Below, piece by piece: positions 14,594 through 18,555 of a stretch of DNA of 18,555 nucleotides (position 1 is its first letter; the number at the start of each line of letters is the position of its first letter). The translations under genes were made by a program, and so were the position numbers. The stretch is from assembly GCA_964371145.1 (NCBI GenBank), contig CAYJKO010000002.1:90899-109453 (forward strand). The letters run 5' to 3'. The notes under the pieces are model-generated. The model searched no databases and had not been told where the DNA came from. It was given only the letters and a program-made list of their open reading frames with translations. This DNA is from an uncultured Muribaculaceae bacterium. GTDB taxonomy: Bacteria; Pseudomonadota; Alphaproteobacteria; Rs-D84.

Positions 14594-14621
14594 TAAATAA
14601 AATCCCCGAAAAGAATCGGGG
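14594..14621 (-). terminator. Intrinsic terminator after the BOF/YgiW gene pair
   Basis: Hairpin CCCCGA-N6-TCGGGG (14604-14621) followed on the minus strand by ATTTTATTTATTT. It lies about 12 nt after the stop at 14633. Confidence 0.7.
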
Positions 14622-14632
14622 TATTTTTTATT

Positions 14633-14968
14633 TTATTGAACTGAAATTACATCTACTTCTATTTCCGGATTTCCCCACCAAGAATCATCAACTGTTCCAT
14701 ATATAATAACGATGTCATCTGGTGTTATGTTTTGTGGCGGCCAAACATCATCTTCTATTTCAACAACTATATCCCCTGTGCTGTCGGAAAAATTATATTC
14801 TTCGTCATCTATGACATCTTCTATCACTCCACGAACAGCAACATATTCTCCGTCGTTCATATTCCAAACCTCCGACACAGTAATCGGTGTTTCTGACATC
14901 ATCACATATCCCGCATTCGCAGAACCTATCATTGTTATTAATCCCAAAATAAACATAAATTTTTTCAT
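14633..14968 (-). CDS. Periplasmic OB-fold protein, YgiW/YdeI (BOF) family
   Basis: Signal peptide ending SANA|G. Family-typical core TVSEVWNMNDGEYVAVRGVIEDVIDDEEYNFSDSTGDIVVEIEDDVWPPQNITPDDIVIIYGTVDDSWWGNPEIEVDVISV. SD AAGGAG. Confidence 0.8.
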   Translation of the reverse strand: MKKFMFILGLITMIGSANAGYVMMSETPITVSEVWNMNDGEYVAVRGVIEDVIDDEEYNFSDSTGDIVVEIEDDVWPPQNITPDDIVIIYGTVDDSWWGNPEIEVDVISVQ

Positions 14969-14988
14969 AACGCATTTCTCCTTTTAAA

Positions 14989-15351
14989 TTACATTGCTTG
15001 AATCGAATACACATCTACAACGGACCCGTCCATAGTGCCGTATATCATAACCATATCATCCGGCATAGATTGCATCGGCCAAACGGTTTCGTCAATTTCA
15101 ACAATTATATTACCGGTACTGTCGGTAAAAACGTATCTGTCTTCTGCAACCATATCTTTAACTGTTCCGTACAAAATTACATTATTGCCAGAACCTATTG
15201 TCATTACTTCATCAACCATCATAACGGTATTGCCGGCAGATGATTTATTTTTCATATCGTGATTATGATGCATACTGTTTGTATGTCCCCCCGCATTTGC
15301 AGCCATAATTGATAAACCGAATACGCTGGTCAAAGTTAATATTTTTTTCAT
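14989..15351 (-). CDS. Periplasmic OB-fold protein, YgiW/YdeI (BOF) family paralogue with His-rich N-terminal segment
   Basis: Signal peptide ending AANA|G, then GHTNSMHHNHDMK. Core is paralogous to the downstream gene (DRYVFTDSTGNIIVEIDETVWPMQSMPDDMVMIYGTMD). Confidence 0.75.
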   Translation of the reverse strand: MKKILTLTSVFGLSIMAANAGGHTNSMHHNHDMKNKSSAGNTVMMVDEVMTIGSGNNVILYGTVKDMVAEDRYVFTDSTGNIIVEIDETVWPMQSMPDDMVMIYGTMDGSVVDVYSIQAM

Positions 15352-15496
15352 TTTTTATCCTTTTGATTGATTAACATATATTAATTTTATTCGAACAGAC
15401 GTTAAATTTCATCAAGATACAAAACCTAGGAATTTATATTGGATGTTAATTTTATTCAATGTTATAATGAACACAATATAAACCCAAGGCAGAAAA

Positions 15497-16612
15497 ATGA
15501 CAAAAACAACATTGATTGATTTTACAGGATTTCATAAAATAACATTGGCTAAAAAAACAGACAAAACAAACAAATTATCCAAAGTCATAATCAGACCGAT
15601 TTTAATTAAAAACCAAACCTTTGCACAAATCGAAGAATTCAAAGATAATCAGGCTTTTCATAAAAATATCTCGACGGACGAATTAAATTCTTTTGTAACC
15701 AATTATTTGGAAAATTATTTTATGGAAATATATGTTTTATTTGAAAGTCACGAAATGTATGGCCGAAGAAATAAAAATAATGAATTTTCATTTCGCAAAA
15801 CAAAAGCCAAACAAACCAGAACATTAAATATGTCACATGATAAAGATAAAAATTACATTTTAAAAAATAATTTAATTATCCCTCCTTTAATTGAATTGGG
15901 AATTATGGACAAATCCGGTATTGTATTCAAAAGCAAAATGGATAAATTTATTCAGATAAATAATTTTTTAAATATTCTTGACCAAGCATCAAACGATATG
16001 ATAAAAACGGGCAACAAAATTCATATATTGGATTTATGTTGTGGTAAATCATATTTAACTTTTATCCTTTATTACTTTTTCGAAAAAATTAAAAAAATCG
16101 ATTTTCAATTAACGGGCGTCGATATGAAATCAGATGTTATAAAAAAATGTAATGATATAAAAAATAATCTGGGGTATAACAATCTGGAATTTATTGAAAG
16201 CGACATAACAAAATACAAACACAAATCTCAAATTGATATTGTAATCAGTTTGCACGCATGCGATATTGCAACAGATATCGTTTTACAAAGCGCCGTAAAA
16301 AACAACGCAAAATTAATTTTGTCTGTCCCATGTTGTCACAAAGAATTACAAAATCAAATCCATCATCCGGATTTGGAATTTGCATTAAAATACGGATTAC
16401 TTAAATCCAGATTTGCAGCAATTATAACAGACGCACTTCGTGCAAATTATTTGGAAAACAATGGGTACAAAACAGACATATTGGAATTCGTAGATTTTGA
16501 AAACACACCAAAAAACGTTATGATTCGCGCCGCGTTTAATGATAAAAAACAAAATAACGATTTGGAAAAAATTGTCAAAGACCTTGAAATAAATCCCAGC
16601 ATTTTAAAATAA
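15497..16612 (+). CDS. Class I SAM-dependent methyltransferase (Methyltransf_32-like core) with an uncharacterised ~170-aa N-terminal domain
   Basis: Motif I ILDLCCGKSYLT, acidic motif II GVDMK, and the motif IVISLHACDIATD. A TGtTATAAT extended -10 and SD AAGG lie upstream. Confidence 0.75.
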   Translation: MTKTTLIDFTGFHKITLAKKTDKTNKLSKVIIRPILIKNQTFAQIEEFKDNQAFHKNISTDELNSFVTNYLENYFMEIYVLFESHEMYGRRNKNNEFSFRKTKAKQTRTLNMSHDKDKNYILKNNLIIPPLIELGIMDKSGIVFKSKMDKFIQINNFLNILDQASNDMIKTGNKIHILDLCCGKSYLTFILYYFFEKIKKIDFQLTGVDMKSDVIKKCNDIKNNLGYNNLEFIESDITKYKHKSQIDIVISLHACDIATDIVLQSAVKNNAKLILSVPCCHKELQNQIHHPDLEFALKYGLLKSRFAAIITDALRANYLENNGYKTDILEFVDFENTPKNVMIRAAFNDKKQNNDLEKIVKDLEINPSILK

Positions 16613-16619
16613 AACAGCT

Positions 16620-16649
16620 AAAAAAAACCGGCTTTTTGCCGGTTTTTTT
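16620..16649. terminator. Bidirectional intrinsic terminator between the convergent methyltransferase and ogt genes
   Basis: A8, CCGGC-TTTTT-GCCGG, T7. The T-run overlaps the ogt stop codon (16648-16650). Confidence 0.75.
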
Positions 16650-17109
16650 ATATATTATTAACACTTTCCAAATCTAATATTTTCTCTTTCATAGACATCC
16701 CACCTGCATATCCAACCAATTTTCCGGTTGACCCTATTACTCTGTGGCACGGCACAATTATTGTAATTGGATTTTTATTATTCGCCATACCTATTGCTCG
16801 GCTGGCTTTTGGATTTCCGACTTTTATTGCAATATCTTTGTAACTGGCTGTCTCTCCATATGGAATTGCTGTCAAAGCGTCCCATACTTTTTTTTGAAAA
16901 TCTGTCCCCGATAATACATACGGAACATCGAAACTTTTTCTTTTTCCGGCAAAATATTCATCCAGCTGTGATTTTAATTTCAATGTTAATTCACAATCTT
17001 TATGAGTTTTATATTCGTCGCCGATTTTTTTCAAGAAATATATTTTATTCAAATCATGAACAATAGTAAAAACACCAAACTCAGATTTATAAAAAGCAGT
17101 TTGTTTCAT
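16648..17109 (-). CDS. ogt: Methylated-DNA--protein-cysteine methyltransferase (Ogt/Ada C-terminal-type, no Ada regulatory domain)
   Basis: Active site IIVPCHRVIG, with upstream GETASYKDIA and NPKASRAIGMANNKNP. Confidence 0.93.
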   Translation of the reverse strand: MKQTAFYKSEFGVFTIVHDLNKIYFLKKIGDEYKTHKDCELTLKLKSQLDEYFAGKRKSFDVPYVLSGTDFQKKVWDALTAIPYGETASYKDIAIKVGNPKASRAIGMANNKNPITIIVPCHRVIGSTGKLVGYAGGMSMKEKILDLESVNNI

Positions 17110-17762
17110 TATTTATTCCTTTTTTTTACACCACAATCTGTATAGCCCGCAACCATTCCATTTCCAACTTGCCATAAATAAAGACTTGCCACAGATGAAT
17201 AAGGATAATACCGTTTTTTATACTTTGCAAACAATTGTTTTGTAATTTTTTTATGACGGTAAATCATTCGCATACCCCTTTGAATAATCAAATCATCAAA
17301 AGCAATAACATCCATACGCTCCATAGAAAATATCATTAACATCTGTGCCGTCCATTTTCCTATCCCCTTCAAATTTGACAATCTATTGCAAATTTCATCA
17401 TCGGTTAAAAAATATAATTCATCCAGATTTAAATTTCCTGATTTAACTTCGGACGCTATGTTTTTTAAATATTCAACTTTTTTAAAAGTCAATCCGCACG
17501 ATTGCAATTCCGAGTCATCTATATTTAAAATATTATCAGGATTGATTTCTTTTAATTTTTCTTTTATGCGACTATAAACGGTTTCTAATGCTTTTCTGGA
17601 AATTTGTTGGCCTACAATTGCGTTTATTAAAGAATCGAATAAATCTTTATTTGTTTCTCTTTTGATAAATCCGACCGCATCTATTACCTTACCCAATTTT
17701 GCATCTTTGGATTTCAATAAATTTATATGCGACTCATCATATGAAAAATAAGATTCGCACAC
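17109..17762 (-). CDS. alkA: DNA-3-methyladenine glycosylase II (AlkA-like, HhH-GPD superfamily)
   Basis: HhH-GPD region LSNLKGIGKWTAQMLMIFSMERMDVIAFDDLIIQRG and INAIVGQQIS. GTG start at 17762 with SD AAGGA 7 nt upstream. Its stop overlaps the ogt start (TAATG). Confidence 0.82.
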   Translation of the reverse strand: MCESYFSYDESHINLLKSKDAKLGKVIDAVGFIKRETNKDLFDSLINAIVGQQISRKALETVYSRIKEKLKEINPDNILNIDDSELQSCGLTFKKVEYLKNIASEVKSGNLNLDELYFLTDDEICNRLSNLKGIGKWTAQMLMIFSMERMDVIAFDDLIIQRGMRMIYRHKKITKQLFAKYKKRYYPYSSVASLYLWQVGNGMVAGYTDCGVKKRNK

Positions 17763-17789
17763 AGTATTTATCCTTTTTTAGTAACATTA

Positions 17790-17812
17790 AACAAAAACCG
17801 GAAAATCCGGTT
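17790..17812 (-). terminator. Intrinsic terminator after tRNA-Met
   Basis: Minus strand has CCGGA-TTT-TCCGG followed by TTTTTGTTT, beginning about 12 nt after the tRNA CCA end. Confidence 0.65.
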
Positions 17813-17821
17813 TTTATATTT

Positions 17822-17898
17822 TGGTAGCGAAGGAGGGACTCGAACCCCCGACACGTGGATTATGATTCCACTGCTCTAACCACCTGAGCTACTTCGCC
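17822..17898 (-). tRNA. tRNA with CAT anticodon: elongator tRNA-Met type (lysidine tRNA-Ile2 not excluded; not initiator)
   Basis: Minus strand folds as GGCGAAG-TA-GCTC-AGGTGGTTA-GAGC-A-GTGGA-ATCATAA-TCCAC-GTGTC-GGGGG-TTCGAGT-CCCTC-CTTCGCT-A-CCA (77 nt). G1.U72 wobble. It lacks the initiator GGG/CCC anticodon stem and the C1xA72 mismatch. Confidence 0.88.
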
Positions 17899-17911
17899 AA
17901 AACTGATTGGT

Positions 17912-17939
17912 ATTATAACAATTCTTTTTTAAAAATCAA
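17912..17939 (-). promoter_or_regulatory. Sigma70-type promoter for tRNA-Met
   Basis: Minus strand reads TTGATT (17939-17934), a 16-nt spacer, then TATAAT (17917-17912), 13 nt upstream of the tRNA 5' end. Confidence 0.5.
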
Positions 17940-17999
17940 ATGTTTTTTATATAAATACAAATTATCGTGATTTTTAACCTATTTTTTTTTGATGCAATA

Positions 18000-18008
18000 T
18001 GATATAAT
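18000..18008 (+). promoter_or_regulatory. Extended -10 element upstream of the PagL-like gene (very short leader)
   Basis: TGaTATAAT at 18000-18008. The ATG at 18019 is only 10 nt downstream, and there is no SD. Confidence 0.35.
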
Positions 18009-18018
18009 TTGACAACGT

Positions 18019-18555
18019 ATGAAAAATTTAATATTTATTTTTACTGGTATTTTTTTGTCTGCAAATGCTTTTGCGGATGATTTGCCGTATAATCCAATGT
18101 TTGGTGAACATACCCAACAATTTAATTTTTCAACCGGCATCGGGGTAGACAGCGGTCAAATCGTCCCTGTCCCAACACGTTTTGTACCATTTTCTTTATT
18201 CCAGGGCGGATATTCAATTCCGAATACTTTTTTTGGTCTGCCGGCACGTCAATCTATTAACGTTGCGATGACGGTTGGCTATGATCAAAAATATGGATGG
18301 GATTGGCCAGAATATTCAACGCCTCTGGTTTATGTATCCGAAGACTTTTTATTGGCACACGGCAAAGAATGGTATTTTGGATCTGGCGCGGGTATCGGTA
18401 TGCAGCTGGACGAGAATGAAAGAATTGGAACAAAATTATTATTTCAATTCAAAGTCTTTGCCGGATATCAAATTGCAGACAATTATAATTTAGAGGCTTT
18501 TGTACTGCATATGTCCAACGGCTCGACCAGTTTGAATAACCATTCATATGCTTTT
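18019..18555 (+). CDS. Acyloxyacyl hydrolase / lipid A deacylase PagL-like outer-membrane protein (3' end outside the window)
   Basis: Not in the ORF track because it has no stop. I translated 179 codons from ATG 18019 to the window end without a stop. Signal peptide MKNLIFIFTGIFLSANAFA|DD, beta-barrel-like alternation, and the family-typical VLHMSNGS...NNHSYAF (His/Ser motif). Confidence 0.72.
   Translation, partial: MKNLIFIFTGIFLSANAFADDLPYNPMFGEHTQQFNFSTGIGVDSGQIVPVPTRFVPFSLFQGGYSIPNTFFGLPARQSINVAMTVGYDQKYGWDWPEYSTPLVYVSEDFLLAHGKEWYFGSGAGIGMQLDENERIGTKLLFQFKVFAGYQIADNYNLEAFVLHMSNGSTSLNNHSYAF

Noticed and set aside
16767-17577. ORFs 16767..17066 (+) and 17386..17577 (+)
   Set aside because: They are antisense to ogt and alkA, which carry unambiguous active-site motifs.
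18275-18493. ORF 18275..18493 (+), 72 aa
   Set aside because: It is out of frame within the longer open PagL-like reading frame (18019 to the window end), which has a signal peptide and family motifs.
1-18555. Mobile elements, CRISPR arrays, toxin-antitoxin or defence islands
   Set aside because: There are no transposase, integrase or recombinase-like ORFs, no inverted terminal repeats and no regularly spaced short repeats. The only repeat is the 172-bp tandem pair. Gene content is otherwise housekeeping or envelope-related.

Overview
AT-rich, gene-dense chromosomal segment from a Gram-negative bacterium. UvrB/AspS/LolC-type sequences suggest a proteobacterium, possibly an alphaproteobacterium with a reduced genome; that placement is inference. 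I saw no transposase, integrase, CRISPR array or recognisable defence genes. Content from left to right: a 2 x 172-bp tandem repeat cut by the window start; tRNA-Tyr and tRNA-Gly (-); a minus-strand operon of a 103-aa unknown, a secretin-like lipoprotein, lolC/E and lolD; a small lipoprotein; ftsQ; a single ORF fusing a divergent FtsA to ribulose-phosphate 3-epimerase, with no ftsZ after it; tsaE and uvrB (-); an AsmA-family protein; a doubtful 114-aa ORF; aspS; tRNA-Thr; two tandem YgiW/BOF OB-fold periplasmic paralogues; a class I SAM methyltransferase; an overlapping alkA-ogt alkylation-repair pair; tRNA-Met(CAU); and a 3'-truncated PagL/acyloxyacyl-hydrolase-like gene. The most unusual items are the FtsA-Rpe fusion with an A7/T7 tract and a hidden stop exactly at the domain junction, the orphan lipidated secretin-like gene transcribed with lolCD, and the tRNA-3'-end-mimicking tandem repeat next to tRNA-Tyr. 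All functional calls come from reading motifs in the supplied translations. No database search was possible.
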